Assembly (NCBI GenBank): GCA_963703225.1
Contig: OY969801.1
Location: forward strand, 3,008,001 to 3,072,000
Reading direction: 5' to 3'
From: Candidatus Eiseniibacteriota bacterium
GTDB lineage: Bacteria > Eisenbacteria > RBG-16-71-46 > SZUA-252
Length of the DNA: 64,000 nucleotides
The translations under genes were made by a program, and so were the position numbers. Of the stretch, positions 39,257-49,080 are shown piece after piece. Each line of letters opens with the position of its first letter. Position 1 is the first letter of the stretch. The notes under the pieces are model-generated. The model did not search any database. It was not told the DNA's origin and worked only from the letters and a program-made list of their open reading frames with translations.

Positions 39257-40813
39257 ATGATGAAGCGATTCATGCCCTTTCTTTTGACCGCATGCGCCGT
39301 GTTGCTTTCGTCGGTCCCTGCTCTCGCCCAATCGGCGAGCAAACCAAACATCCTCATTATCTGGGGCGATGACATCGGGTACTGGAACGTCAGCGCCTAC
39401 AGCCATGGCATGATGGGCTACAAGACGCCGAACATCGACCGCATCGCGAAGGAAGGCGCGCTGTTCACCGACTGGTATGGCCAGCAGAGCTGCACGGCCG
39501 GGCGCGCGTGCTTCATCACGGGCCAGGCCGGCTACCGCACCGGCCTGCTCAAGGTCGGTCTGCCGGGCGCCAAGGAAGGGATCCAGGCGCGCGACGTGAC
39601 GATCGCTCAATTGCTCAAGGCGCAAGGCTACATGACCGCGCAGTTCGGCAAGAACCACCTGGGCGACGCCGATGCGACGCTGCCCACCATGCACGGCTTC
39701 GATGAGTTCATGGGCTCCCTCTACCACTTGAACGCGGAGCAGGAGCCCGAGAATCCGGACTATTTCAAGGATCCGGCGATGATCAAGAAATATGGCACGC
39801 GCGGCGTGATCCACTGCTGGGCGAACGCGGATGGGACGCAGAAGATCGAGCTGACCGGTCCGCTGAACACCAAGCGCATGGAGACGATCGACGAGGAGGT
39901 CACCAAGGCCTCGCTCGATTATCTCGTGCGCGCGAAGAAGGCGAACAAGCCGTTCTTCCTCTGGTGGAACTCGACCCGCATGCACGTCTTCACGCACTTG
40001 AAGCCGGAGAGCCAAGGCAAGACCGGTTTGGGCATTGAGGCCGACGGTTTGGTCGAGCACGACGCCATGGTCGGGCAGCTTCTCGACAAGCTCAAAGAAT
40101 TGGGCCTCGACCAAAATACGATTGTCATGTATTCCACCGATAACGGCGCAGAGGAATTCTCGTGGCCGGACGGAGGCACGACCCCCTTCCGCGGCGAGAA
40201 GAACACGAACTGGGAGGGCGGCTACCGTGTGCCCTGCACCATCCGCTGGCCCGGCGTCATCAAGCCAGGAACGATCGACAACAACATCTATTCGCACGAA
40301 GACATGCTGCCCACGCTCTTGGCCGCGGCGGGCGTCCCCGACGTGAAGGAGCAGCTCCTCAAGGGCATGAAGGTCGGCGCAACAACCTTCAAGGTGCATC
40401 TGGACGGATACAACATCACCGACGCGCTCGCGGGCAAAGCTGTCGATCCGCGCCACGAGTTTTTCTACTGGAACGACGACGGCTCGCTCGTGGGGCTGCG
40501 TTACGACAACTGGAAGATCGTCTTCCAAGAGCAGCGCGCGGAAGGTTTCGCTGTTTGGCAGGAGCCGTTCGTGCCATTGCGCGTACCCAAGATCTTCAAC
40601 CTGCGCTCCGATCCGTTCGAGAAGGCCGACCATATCGCCATGGACTACGCGCACTGGCGGGCTGACCGGACCTTCCTGCTCGTGCCGGCGCAGGAATACG
40701 TCGGGAAGTACATCGCCACGTTCAAGGAGTTCCCGCCGAGCCAGAAGGTCGGGAGCTTCTCGCTCGACAATGTACTGCAGAGGCTCCAGGACGCGGGCAC
40801 CAGCGGGAAATGA
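39257..40813 (+). CDS. arylsulfatase (Cys-type)
   Basis: Signal peptide, KPNILIIWGDD, SCTAGR, GKNHLG. Confidence 0.93.
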   Translation: MMKRFMPFLLTACAVLLSSVPALAQSASKPNILIIWGDDIGYWNVSAYSHGMMGYKTPNIDRIAKEGALFTDWYGQQSCTAGRACFITGQAGYRTGLLKVGLPGAKEGIQARDVTIAQLLKAQGYMTAQFGKNHLGDADATLPTMHGFDEFMGSLYHLNAEQEPENPDYFKDPAMIKKYGTRGVIHCWANADGTQKIELTGPLNTKRMETIDEEVTKASLDYLVRAKKANKPFFLWWNSTRMHVFTHLKPESQGKTGLGIEADGLVEHDAMVGQLLDKLKELGLDQNTIVMYSTDNGAEEFSWPDGGTTPFRGEKNTNWEGGYRVPCTIRWPGVIKPGTIDNNIYSHEDMLPTLLAAAGVPDVKEQLLKGMKVGATTFKVHLDGYNITDALAGKAVDPRHEFFYWNDDGSLVGLRYDNWKIVFQEQRAEGFAVWQEPFVPLRVPKIFNLRSDPFEKADHIAMDYAHWRADRTFLLVPAQEYVGKYIATFKEFPPSQKVGSFSLDNVLQRLQDAGTSGK

Positions 40814-41298
40814 AAAAGTTACTTGGCACCCTCGGTCTCGTGTGCGCTCTGCTCACGCCCGCACAGTCACAAGCCCAGGTCGCTGTCCAGGCGAGGCCAA
40901 ACCAGGAACGGCTCCTCGCCAGCCCGGACGCTCGATTGGCCGCAAACAAACGGCTGGTCTATGACTTCTGGCGCGAGGTGTTTGAGGGTGGGCACATGGA
41001 GCTCGCCGAGAAGTACATGACGGAGTCCTACATTCAGCACAACCCCAACGTGCCCACAGGACGGGCGGCATTCGTCGCGTTCTTCACGAAGTACTCCAAG
41101 CCCAAGCCGATCGAGCCGAGGGTCAAAGCCCCGTTGGTCGCCATGGTCGCTGAGGGCGACCTAGTCGTCATGAGCTTCGTCAGCGAGAGAACCGACCCGA
41201 AGGACGCGACCAAAAAGTACACCACCACGTGGTTCGACATGTTTCGCATCGAAGGCGGCAGGATCGCCGAGCACTGGGATCCAGCTCCAAAGGAATAG
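40810..41298 (+). CDS. secreted SnoaL-like (NTF2 fold) protein
   Basis: YIQHNP, AEGDLVV, FRIEGGRIAEHWD. Confidence 0.85.
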   Translation: MKKLLGTLGLVCALLTPAQSQAQVAVQARPNQERLLASPDARLAANKRLVYDFWREVFEGGHMELAEKYMTESYIQHNPNVPTGRAAFVAFFTKYSKPKPIEPRVKAPLVAMVAEGDLVVMSFVSERTDPKDATKKYTTTWFDMFRIEGGRIAEHWDPAPKE

Positions 41299-41327
41299 CG
41301 TGGGCGGGTTGGCCGCCCGCCGGAGGC

Positions 41328-41822
41328 ATGACGATGACTTCGACATTTGGCCCCATCGAAGCCCGGCTCGTCCTGGACCACGTCGCTTTCCCGGCGCTTC
41401 GCTTCGAACACGGGGTCACGCGTCGGGTGATCGCGGCAATACCCCCGGCGCGCATGGATTACCGCCCCGCGGCCGGCGCGCGCAGCGCGGGGGAGCTAGC
41501 TCGGCACATTGTCGGCGCCGAGCTCCGGTTCCTGGAAGGCGCCGCCACCGGCACCTTCCCTGACCTCGGCGCCGATCTGGGCGCGGCGGCCGACGCGGCG
41601 GCCATCGCCAGCTTCTACGAGAACCGCTTCCCGTCCGTACTCGAGCGGCTGGCGGCATTGGAGGGGGAGCACCTGCTTCGTCCACTCGACTACAAGGGTT
41701 TCATGCGCCTGCCGGCGCTCGGGTTCGTACAATTCGCGCTCAACCACACGATCCATCATCGGGGCCAGCTGTCGGTCTACCTGCGTGCGCTCGGCGTGAC
41801 CGTGCCGTCGATTTACGGATGA
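41328..41822 (+). CDS. DinB/YfiT family metalloprotein
   Basis: ELARHI, HTIHHRGQLSVYLR. Confidence 0.88.
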   Translation: MTMTSTFGPIEARLVLDHVAFPALRFEHGVTRRVIAAIPPARMDYRPAAGARSAGELARHIVGAELRFLEGAATGTFPDLGADLGAAADAAAIASFYENRFPSVLERLAALEGEHLLRPLDYKGFMRLPALGFVQFALNHTIHHRGQLSVYLRALGVTVPSIYG

Positions 41823-41828
41823 CCTCGG

Positions 41829-42365
41829 ATGCAGCCGACGCTGACCACCGAACGCCTCCTGCTGCGGCCATTCGACCTGGGGGACGCCCAAACCGTCCAG
41901 CAGCTCGCGGGCGACCGCGCCATCGCGGATACAACCCTCATGATCCCGCATCCATATCCAGACGGCGTCGCCGAGGAGTGGATCGCCACCCACGCGCCGC
42001 GCTACGCGGACGGAACGCTGGCCACCTTCGCGATCACGCTCAGGGGCAACGGATCCTTGGTTGGAGCGATCGGTCTGATGGTGGCGCCGGCCGACGCTCG
42101 CGCGGAGCTCGGCTATTGGGTGGCCGTGCCCCATTGGGGCCGCGGCATCGCCACAGAGGCGGGCCGTGCGGTCGTCCATTTCGGATTTGAGACGCTGCGA
42201 CTCCATCGCATCCAGGCGCGCCACCTGACGCGTAATCCTGCGTCAGGCCGGGTCCTCGCCAAGCTCGGCATGCGACTCGAGGGCGTTCACCGCCACGCGT
42301 TTCGCAAATGGGACGTCTTCGAGGACGCCGCCATGTATGCGATCCTCTCTACCGATGGCGCGTGA
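41829..42365 (+). CDS. GNAT N-acetyltransferase (RimJ/RimL)
   Basis: TERLLLRPF, ELGYW, WGRGIATEA, NPASGRVL. Confidence 0.92.
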   Translation: MQPTLTTERLLLRPFDLGDAQTVQQLAGDRAIADTTLMIPHPYPDGVAEEWIATHAPRYADGTLATFAITLRGNGSLVGAIGLMVAPADARAELGYWVAVPHWGRGIATEAGRAVVHFGFETLRLHRIQARHLTRNPASGRVLAKLGMRLEGVHRHAFRKWDVFEDAAMYAILSTDGA

Positions 42366-42504
42366 CCTCTCAGGAACGATTCGAGATCGTCACCCTGAAT
42401 CCATCGGGGTCGGTAACGGTGAACCCCCCTCCTGTTGCTAACGGTTGCGTTCGATGACCCTACAAAGATACCCTCCGAACATGGGGCCAGAATCCTCATC
42501 ATGG

Positions 42505-43020
42505 ATGAGGCGTGAGAGACTCACCCAAACCCTTCTCGTCGGGCTGCTCGGCTCCGTCACCTTCATCGGTGCCTGTGCACCAGGCCAAAACACCGCATCG
42601 GTGAAGGCCGCGCTGGAACAGCGCTACGAGCAGAACCGTACCGCCTTCCTGACGCGCGACTCCAGTGCCGTCATGCGCCTCCGGCACCCGGATTTTCACG
42701 CGATCGACTCCCGCGGGCAGAAACTGTCCTATCCGGATTTTGCCATTCGAACTGGGCTCATGCTGCGGGTCATTGAGCGATTCGATACGTTGACCTTTCA
42801 CATCAACTCCCTGACCGTGCGCGGTGACACGGCCATCGCCATGGTGCGACAGCGCACCGTGCGGAAACAGCGATTGGCGGATGGCGCAAGCCACGTGCTG
42901 CAGACCGGGTCGGTGCAGAGAGAGTGGTGGGTGCGGACGGGAGACGGGTGGCTGATGTGGTATGTCGATCAGGTGAGGCCGGACCCGGTGGTGGTGGATG
43001 GTCGCGCACGAATCCCCTGA
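42505..43020 (+). CDS. NTF2/DUF4440-like exported protein
   Basis: Signal or lipobox-like IGAC, VRGDTAIA, WVRTGDGW. Confidence 0.65.
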   Translation: MRRERLTQTLLVGLLGSVTFIGACAPGQNTASVKAALEQRYEQNRTAFLTRDSSAVMRLRHPDFHAIDSRGQKLSYPDFAIRTGLMLRVIERFDTLTFHINSLTVRGDTAIAMVRQRTVRKQRLADGASHVLQTGSVQREWWVRTGDGWLMWYVDQVRPDPVVVDGRARIP

Positions 43021-43120
43021 GGCCGCGTAAGGCACCGTAACGCTTCGCTGCGGCGGGCCCCGGCCTCCGCTAGAATCAGGCGCTCGGTGCTGGAACTACC
43101 CCGAACTGGAGGTCGCCGCC

Positions 43121-43771
43121 ATGGATCCCTCGGCCTTGCCCGCCTCACAAGGTCGGACTCCGCTCGATCTGGCGGAGGTCTTTGCGTTCCTGATCGTCAT
43201 GCTCGGCCCTCTCAAGCTCCTCGGTCCATTCGCCCTCGCGACGCAGGACCTGAGCAAGCCGGAGCGAAGGCGGCTTGCGCTCGAGGCGACCGCGGTCTCC
43301 ACGATCGCCGTACTTGCGGGTGGTTTCGTGGGCCGTGAGCTGCTCGTCAAGTGGCACGTGTCCTTGCCTGCCCTCATGCTCGGGGCCGGCCTGGTGTTCC
43401 TGCTGGTAGCCCTCCGCCTCGTGCTTAACCAGTATGAGCCCCAGGCCCCGCCCCCATCGGGTCCCCCCACCAAGCCGAACGGTCTCCGCTTCGCGTTTCC
43501 GCACGTCGTCACGCCATACGGGATCGCCGCGGTGATCATATTCATGACGACCGGTGACAGTAGGCGAACCCTCGGGCTCATCGTGCTGATTGTCGCCATC
43601 ATGCTGCTCAATCTGCTCGCCATGCTGTTCGTACGTCCGATTCTGCGAACCCTCGGACTACCGCTTCAGGTCTTGGCTGCGGTGCTCGGTGTGGTGCAGA
43701 TCGCTCTTGCCGTGCAGATCATCTTGACTGCGCTGCGTGCCGCGAACGTGATCGCGGCGCCGGCCCCTTGA
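43121..43771 (+). CDS. MarC family membrane protein
   Basis: LGPLK, FPHVVTPYGIAAVI; 6 TM segments. Confidence 0.8.
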   Translation: MDPSALPASQGRTPLDLAEVFAFLIVMLGPLKLLGPFALATQDLSKPERRRLALEATAVSTIAVLAGGFVGRELLVKWHVSLPALMLGAGLVFLLVALRLVLNQYEPQAPPPSGPPTKPNGLRFAFPHVVTPYGIAAVIIFMTTGDSRRTLGLIVLIVAIMLLNLLAMLFVRPILRTLGLPLQVLAAVLGVVQIALAVQIILTALRAANVIAAPAP

Positions 43772-43787
43772 CACCTACGGAGGACCC

Positions 43788-44144
43788 ATGCACTACGTCG
43801 ATGGCTACGTCTTACCGGTACCTAAGAAGAACATCCAGGCCTACCGCCGTCTCGCCGCGAAGGCGGGCAAGATTTGGCGCGAGTACGGCGCCCTCGAGTA
43901 CAGAGAGTGCGTCGGCGACGACCTCAATCTGAAGTTCGGGGTTCCGTTTCCGCGGAGGATCAAGGCGAAACGGGGCGAGACGGTTGTGTTCTCGTGGATC
44001 GTCTTTCAGTCGCGAGCGCATCGCGATCGCGTGAATGCCATGGTGATGAAAGACCCGCGCGTCGCCAACATGGATCCGAAGAAGATGCCATTCGACTTTA
44101 GGCGGATGGTCTGCGGCGGATTCAAGGTTCTGGTCGACGCTTGA
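43788..44144 (+). CDS. DUF1428 family protein
   Basis: YVDGYVLPVP, YGALEYRECVGDD, MPFDFRRM. Confidence 0.92.
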   Translation: MHYVDGYVLPVPKKNIQAYRRLAAKAGKIWREYGALEYRECVGDDLNLKFGVPFPRRIKAKRGETVVFSWIVFQSRAHRDRVNAMVMKDPRVANMDPKKMPFDFRRMVCGGFKVLVDA

Positions 44145-44196
44145 GCGCCGGGCGCACGGGTCCGATTCCACGGGCGGGCGGCCCCGGCGAGTCTCC

Positions 44197-44535
44197 ATGA
44201 AGCGATGGGTGGAGATCCGTTCGTATAACCTAAAACCCGGCCATCGTGACGAGTTTCATCGGCTCGTTCTGGAGAAGTCTCTTCCCTTGCTCCACCGGTG
44301 GGGGGTGGATGTGGTTGATTTCGGCCCGTCCCCCCATGACGCGGACTCCTACTACCTGATTCGCGCGTATGGGAGCCTGGCCGATCGTGAATCAAGCGAA
44401 GAGGCATTCTATGGGAGCCCCGATTGGCGCCAGGGGCCCCGAGAAGAAATCATGCCCTTGATCGACAGCTACACCTCCATCGTTCTTGAATTGGATAGAG
44501 GAGCGGTCGACGCGCTCCGACGGGCCGCGCGATGA
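44197..44535 (+). CDS. NIPSNAP family protein
   Basis: EIRSYNLKPG, YYLIRAY, FYGSPDW. Confidence 0.85.
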   Translation: MKRWVEIRSYNLKPGHRDEFHRLVLEKSLPLLHRWGVDVVDFGPSPHDADSYYLIRAYGSLADRESSEEAFYGSPDWRQGPREEIMPLIDSYTSIVLELDRGAVDALRRAAR

Positions 44536-44978
44536 AAGCGCTGCGGGCGATCCTGACGGGCGGCATCGTCGCCGGCACGCTCGATATCGTCGCCGCCATT
44601 ACGATCTACGCCGTCCGGGGCGTCAGCCCCGTACGAATTCTGCAATCGATCGCGAGCGGACTTTTCGGTCGCGCGGCTTTCGCAGGCGGAGCCAGAACCG
44701 CCGCGCTCGGCCTGTTTCTCCAATTCTTCATCGCGACGGTTGCCACGGCCGCCTACTACGTGGCGAGCCGGAAGTGGAAGGCGTTGATCCATCGGCCCAT
44801 TCTCTATGGAGCGCTGTACGGAGTCGCGGTCTACGCGTTCATGAACTACGTCGTGCTTCCCCTCTCGGCCGTTGCCAAACGCCCCTTCGTGCTCAGCACG
44901 GCGGTTCTCATGGTCGCGGTCCACATCGTCTGCGTCGGCATCCCGATCGCGCTCGCGGTTCGACGTTCCGAGCCGTAG
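44532..44978 (+). CDS. hypothetical 4-TM membrane protein
   Basis: GGIVAGTLDI, QSIASGL, MNYVVLPLS. Confidence 0.75.
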   Translation: MKALRAILTGGIVAGTLDIVAAITIYAVRGVSPVRILQSIASGLFGRAAFAGGARTAALGLFLQFFIATVATAAYYVASRKWKALIHRPILYGALYGVAVYAFMNYVVLPLSAVAKRPFVLSTAVLMVAVHIVCVGIPIALAVRRSEP

Positions 44979-45069
44979 CGGCGAACCCGCCAGAGGAGTA
45001 AACTCTCTCCCGAAGCCCCTGGCCTACCACGGGCATCGATCCGCCAAACTTCCTGCAAGGAGCGCCACC

Positions 45070-45390
45070 ATGAACGAGGCTGCAACGTCCACCAGCGCCG
45101 CGCGCGACCAGCTCGTGGCCGACATGAAGGCGGTCATCGTCGACGCCGAGGAACTCTTGAAGGCGACCGCCGGCGCCGCCGGCGAACGGGTGGGTGCCGC
45201 CCGCGCCCGGGCCGAGGAAACGCTCAGGGCCGCCAAGACCAAGCTGTCCGAGTTCGACCACGCCATGATCGACCAGGCCAAGGACGCGGCAAAGGCGACC
45301 GACGAATACGTGCGCGAGCATCCGTGGGGCGCGGTGGGAATCGCCGCGGTGGCGGGGCTCCTGGTCGGCGTCATGGTCGCACGGCGCTAA
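45070..45390 (+). CDS. DUF883 family (ElaB/YqjD) protein
   Basis: DAEELLKATA, YVREHPWGAVGIAA. Confidence 0.9.
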   Translation: MNEAATSTSAARDQLVADMKAVIVDAEELLKATAGAAGERVGAARARAEETLRAAKTKLSEFDHAMIDQAKDAAKATDEYVREHPWGAVGIAAVAGLLVGVMVARR

Positions 45391-45399
45391 CGGCCGGCG

Positions 45400-45795
45400 A
45401 TGAGCACCGACCCCGACGCTCCTCGAGTACGCGGCTTGATGGGCTCGATACGCCGACTCATCAGTAACGCCTTAGGCCTGCTCCAAACGCGCCTCGAGAT
45501 CCTCTCCCTCGACATCACCGAGGAGCGTTTCAATCTCGCCCGGATGCTGATCGTGACTCTCTGCGTCCTGTGCTGCTTCCAGGCTGGGGTGTTCCTCGCG
45601 GTGCTCTTCGCGGTGCTCTCCGTCGCGACCCCCGACCGGCTCCCGGCGATCGGAATCGCCGCACTCGTCCTCTTGCTCATGGCGCTGGTCGGCACGCTCT
45701 GGCTCTGGCGGTGGCTGAAGACCCGGCCGCCGCTCTTCGCGGGGACGATCGCGGAGCTTCAAAAGGATCGCGATCGGCTCGGGGGCAAGAAGTGA
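45400..45795 (+). CDS. YqjE-like (phage holin family) membrane protein
   Basis: QTRLEILSLDITEE, two TM segments, TIAELQKDR. Confidence 0.85.
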   Translation: MSTDPDAPRVRGLMGSIRRLISNALGLLQTRLEILSLDITEERFNLARMLIVTLCVLCCFQAGVFLAVLFAVLSVATPDRLPAIGIAALVLLLMALVGTLWLWRWLKTRPPLFAGTIAELQKDRDRLGGKK

Positions 45796-46094
45796 GCCGC
45801 AAGCGCGAGACGCTCCGTGCCCGACGCGCGGAGCTGGTCGCTGAGGCCGCCGCCCAGCGGGAAGAGATCGCCCGTGGGTTCGGAGGCTGGAGGAAGACCT
45901 TCGATGGCGTCGACCGAGTCCTCGAAATCGTGGGCCGCGCGAAGCGGCTTTCCCCCGTGCTGGGAGTCGGCGTTGGCCTGGTGGCCCTTCTGGCCACTCG
46001 CTCCGGCAGGGCCCGCGGCTTGTTCCGGGGCGCGACGACTGCCTGGCGCTCGACACGCTCGGCCCTCCGCTTCGTGTCCGGCCTTCGCCGCTGA
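45792..46094 (+). CDS. YqjK-like protein
   Basis: LRARRAELVAEAAAQRE; third position in the triad. Confidence 0.75.
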   Translation: MSRKRETLRARRAELVAEAAAQREEIARGFGGWRKTFDGVDRVLEIVGRAKRLSPVLGVGVGLVALLATRSGRARGLFRGATTAWRSTRSALRFVSGLRR

Positions 46095-46124
46095 GGTCCC
46101 AGCCCCGTTCCGGCGGGGCCCGCC

Positions 46125-46661
46125 ATGCCGACCGATACCGTGCTCGTCAACCGCGCTCCCGTGATGACCCTTTGGGCGGCCATCGTCGCCGAACGGCTCG
46201 GATATGGACACGAGACCGCGCTGACGCTGGGCAAGGCGGTCGCCGGACTCAACGCGCAGTCCAAGGGACGTCGCCTTGGAATTTACGGGGAGGGTGCGCC
46301 GGTCACGCCGGGGCGCGGAGCCAAAGAGCCCGCAAAGCCGATCGCCGATATGGTTCATCTCCTCGGGCGCGAGGTGCCCGTGGTCCGGACACCGGAGGGC
46401 GAGCGGGCGGCCGTGAAAGGGCGAGTCGAGAACCCGGCCAGCGTTCAGCGGTACCTGGAGCAGAAATTCGGTGAGGCGCTCCCAAGGGTCGAGTCGGCGA
46501 TGCGTGCCCTCGCTAAGACCTATCCGCCCAAACGACTTGAAGAGATCGCGTTCTCGCTCTATGAGGAGTTCCGACCACGGATTCCGGAGGGCGCGAAGGG
46601 CTGGGGCGTCAAAGGGCGGCTGGACCTGAGCCATCTGCGCGAGATGTCACGTTCGACTTGA
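46125..46661 (+). CDS. hypothetical protein
   Basis: VNRAPVMTLWAA...YEEFRP...GWGVKG; coding-like codon usage. Confidence 0.7.
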   Translation: MPTDTVLVNRAPVMTLWAAIVAERLGYGHETALTLGKAVAGLNAQSKGRRLGIYGEGAPVTPGRGAKEPAKPIADMVHLLGREVPVVRTPEGERAAVKGRVENPASVQRYLEQKFGEALPRVESAMRALAKTYPPKRLEEIAFSLYEEFRPRIPEGAKGWGVKGRLDLSHLREMSRST

Positions 46662-46689
46662 GGGTGCCTCCTGGGCTACTCTCGCGCGC

Positions 46690-47160
46690 ATGTATCTCCT
46701 CCTCAAACTCCTTCACGTGGCCGCGGTCATCGCGTTTCTCGGCAACATCACGACCGGCCTCTTCTGGCATGCCCACGCCGCTCGCACGCGCGACCCCAAG
46801 CTCCTCGCCCACACGATGGACGGCATCATCCGAAGCGACCGTCTCTTCACAGTTCCTGGCGTCATCGTCATTCTCCTCACCGGCGTCGCCGCCGCGATGC
46901 ACGGCCACCTTCCCATTCTCCGCACCGGCTGGATACTCTGGACCCTCGTGCTATTTTCCGTGTCGGGGATCATCTTCATGGGTCGGGTGGTGCCGCTTCA
47001 ACGACAGCTTCGCACGCTCGCGGAGGGCGGCACGCAATCCGGGACATTCGACTACGCCCGCTACCATGCCCTCGCCGTTCAATGGGAGGTGTGGGGTGGC
47101 GTGGCCCTGCTGACGCCGGTGGTCGGACTCGCATTGATGGTGCTCAAACCACACTTGTAG
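46690..47160 (+). CDS. DUF2269 family membrane protein
   Basis: LKLLHV, C-terminal LMVLKP. Confidence 0.8.
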   Translation: MYLLLKLLHVAAVIAFLGNITTGLFWHAHAARTRDPKLLAHTMDGIIRSDRLFTVPGVIVILLTGVAAAMHGHLPILRTGWILWTLVLFSVSGIIFMGRVVPLQRQLRTLAEGGTQSGTFDYARYHALAVQWEVWGGVALLTPVVGLALMVLKPHL

Positions 47161-47285
47161 CGGACTGACGCAGGGGGTGACATGAATGCCGATGGTGCCG
47201 GCTCGGTTTCCGGATTCTCCTGGAACTCTGGTGGCTGGTTCGGCTCGCAGGTCGGCTGGATAACGCACCCCAGGGAGAAGCGCGG

Positions 47286-47768
47286 ATGAGCTCTCGATTC
47301 GCGCTCGCCATTCTCGCTTTGACCCTTATCCCCGCCTGCGTCACGCGGACGATCTCCTCGGCCGTGGGAACGCTGGAGGTCAAGGCCGCCGTCGACTCGC
47401 TCTGGACCGGTTACGCGCACGCCTCGGATCGGAAGGACGCGGCGGCTTTCGGCGCCCTCTTCGCCGAGGACGCCACCCTGGTCTACTCCGGCGCGCCCAC
47501 CCAGCGGGGGCGCGAGGAAATTCAACAGTTCCTCGTAGCGCTCTACGCCGACATCGATCCCACGGGATTGCGCATCGAGCCCGAGGAGACCAAGGTCACC
47601 GGCTCGCTGGCCGTCCAGAGCGGAGCATTCCAGGAGAGCTTCAATGAGAAAGGGGTCCCCAAGACCGAATACGGCCGTTTCGCCCTCGTCGCGGAGCAGC
47701 AGGACGACCGGTCCTGGAAGATCCACCGTCTCGTGGCGATCGCCGATTCCACCACGGCGTCCCCGTAG
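47286..47768 (+). CDS. NTF2/DUF4440-like lipoprotein
   Basis: IPAC lipobox, LFAEDA, RGREEI. Confidence 0.75.
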   Translation: MSSRFALAILALTLIPACVTRTISSAVGTLEVKAAVDSLWTGYAHASDRKDAAAFGALFAEDATLVYSGAPTQRGREEIQQFLVALYADIDPTGLRIEPEETKVTGSLAVQSGAFQESFNEKGVPKTEYGRFALVAEQQDDRSWKIHRLVAIADSTTASP

Positions 47769-47814
47769 CTCGCGTGACCGGAGCCCTCACCGCCAATCCG
47801 CTCGGTAGCGCCCC

Positions 47815-48906
47815 ATGGCATCGCTGACCCTCACCGCGCTCTCCCTCACCTACCCGAATAAGACCCGCGCGGTCGACGAGATCCATCTCGCGATCGCGGA
47901 CGGCGAGTTCCTCGCGATCCTGGGACCATCGGGGTGCGGGAAGTCGTCTCTTCTGCGACTTGTCGCGGGTCTCGAAACGCCGACATCGGGCGCGATCGCG
48001 ATGGACGGCAGAGACGTGACCTCGCTCGAGCCCAAGGAGCGCGACGTGGCGATGGTATTCCAGGGGCTCGCGCTCTATCCCCACATGACCGTCGCCGAAA
48101 ACATGGCCTTCGGACTCATGGCTCGCCGCACGCCGACCGATGAGATCGACCGGCGCGTGCGTGAGGCCGCCGATACGCTCGGGCTCACGCCCCACCTCGA
48201 GAAGCGGCCGCGCGAGCTTTCGGGCGGGGAGCGGCAGCGCGTCGCGCTGGGCCGCGCGCTGGTGCGGCGCCCGAAGATCTTCCTCTTCGACGAGCCGCTC
48301 TCGAGTCTCGACGCGCAGCTCCGCCAGGAGCTTCGCGAGGAGCTGGCGCGCCTTCACCACATCACCCGCACCACCTCGATCTACGTCACGCACGACCAGA
48401 AGGAAGCGCTCTCGCTGGGCGACAAGGTGGCGGTCATGAAAGGGGGCAAACTGCGCCAGCTCGCGACGCCGGAGGACGTCTACCGCAATCCCCACGATCT
48501 CTTCGTGGCGCGATTTGTCGGTGAGCCCGCGATCAACCTCATCCAAGGAGAGGTCGCCTCCGAGGGAGGCGGCGCGACGTTCCGCGCTCCCGGCTTCCGC
48601 ATGAATCTCAACGGACGGGACGGGCCCCCGGGGCCGGCGACGCTGGGACTCCGCGCCGAGGCGGTCGCGATCGTCCGCACGGAGGCGGGCGAAGCTCCGG
48701 ATGCGTCCAGCGGCCATCTCCGTGCGACGGTCGACCGGGTGGAACACTTGGGCGGCGAGACGTTGGTCCACCTGCACGGAGAGTGGGGCGGCCTGGTCGT
48801 TCGAGCGGCGCACGCCGAGGCGGCGCCCTCACCCGGTACTCACGTCACCCTTAAGCCCGACCCAGCACGCGCGCTCCTCTTCGATCCTTCCGGGGCGCGG
48901 GTCTAG
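47815..48906 (+). CDS. MalK/UgpC-type ABC transporter ATP-binding protein
   Basis: GPSGCGKS, LSGGERQR, FDEPLS, VTHDQ, TOBE-like tail. Confidence 0.93.
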   Translation: MASLTLTALSLTYPNKTRAVDEIHLAIADGEFLAILGPSGCGKSSLLRLVAGLETPTSGAIAMDGRDVTSLEPKERDVAMVFQGLALYPHMTVAENMAFGLMARRTPTDEIDRRVREAADTLGLTPHLEKRPRELSGGERQRVALGRALVRRPKIFLFDEPLSSLDAQLRQELREELARLHHITRTTSIYVTHDQKEALSLGDKVAVMKGGKLRQLATPEDVYRNPHDLFVARFVGEPAINLIQGEVASEGGGATFRAPGFRMNLNGRDGPPGPATLGLRAEAVAIVRTEAGEAPDASSGHLRATVDRVEHLGGETLVHLHGEWGGLVVRAAHAEAAPSPGTHVTLKPDPARALLFDPSGARV

Positions 48907-49080
48907 CTTCCCGCGCATTTCCGTATGATACAATTCCCTGAATCGATACGCGCCACGAGCCCCCGATCCTCCCCCGGACCGGCTGCACCTCGCGACGTTC
49001 CAGCAGTCTCCAGCGCCATCCAGGAGGAGCCGTTGATTCGCGTCGATCAGCCCGCACCGAGACGTTGCAGCACCCGCCCC

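Noticed and set aside
43030..43075. CCGTAACGCTTCGCTGCGGCGG resembling the left end of an attC site
   Set aside because: No matching GTTRRRY end and no second copy found
45400..45795. Holin as evidence of a prophage
   Set aside because: It is YqjE-like within its usual triad and there are no phage genes
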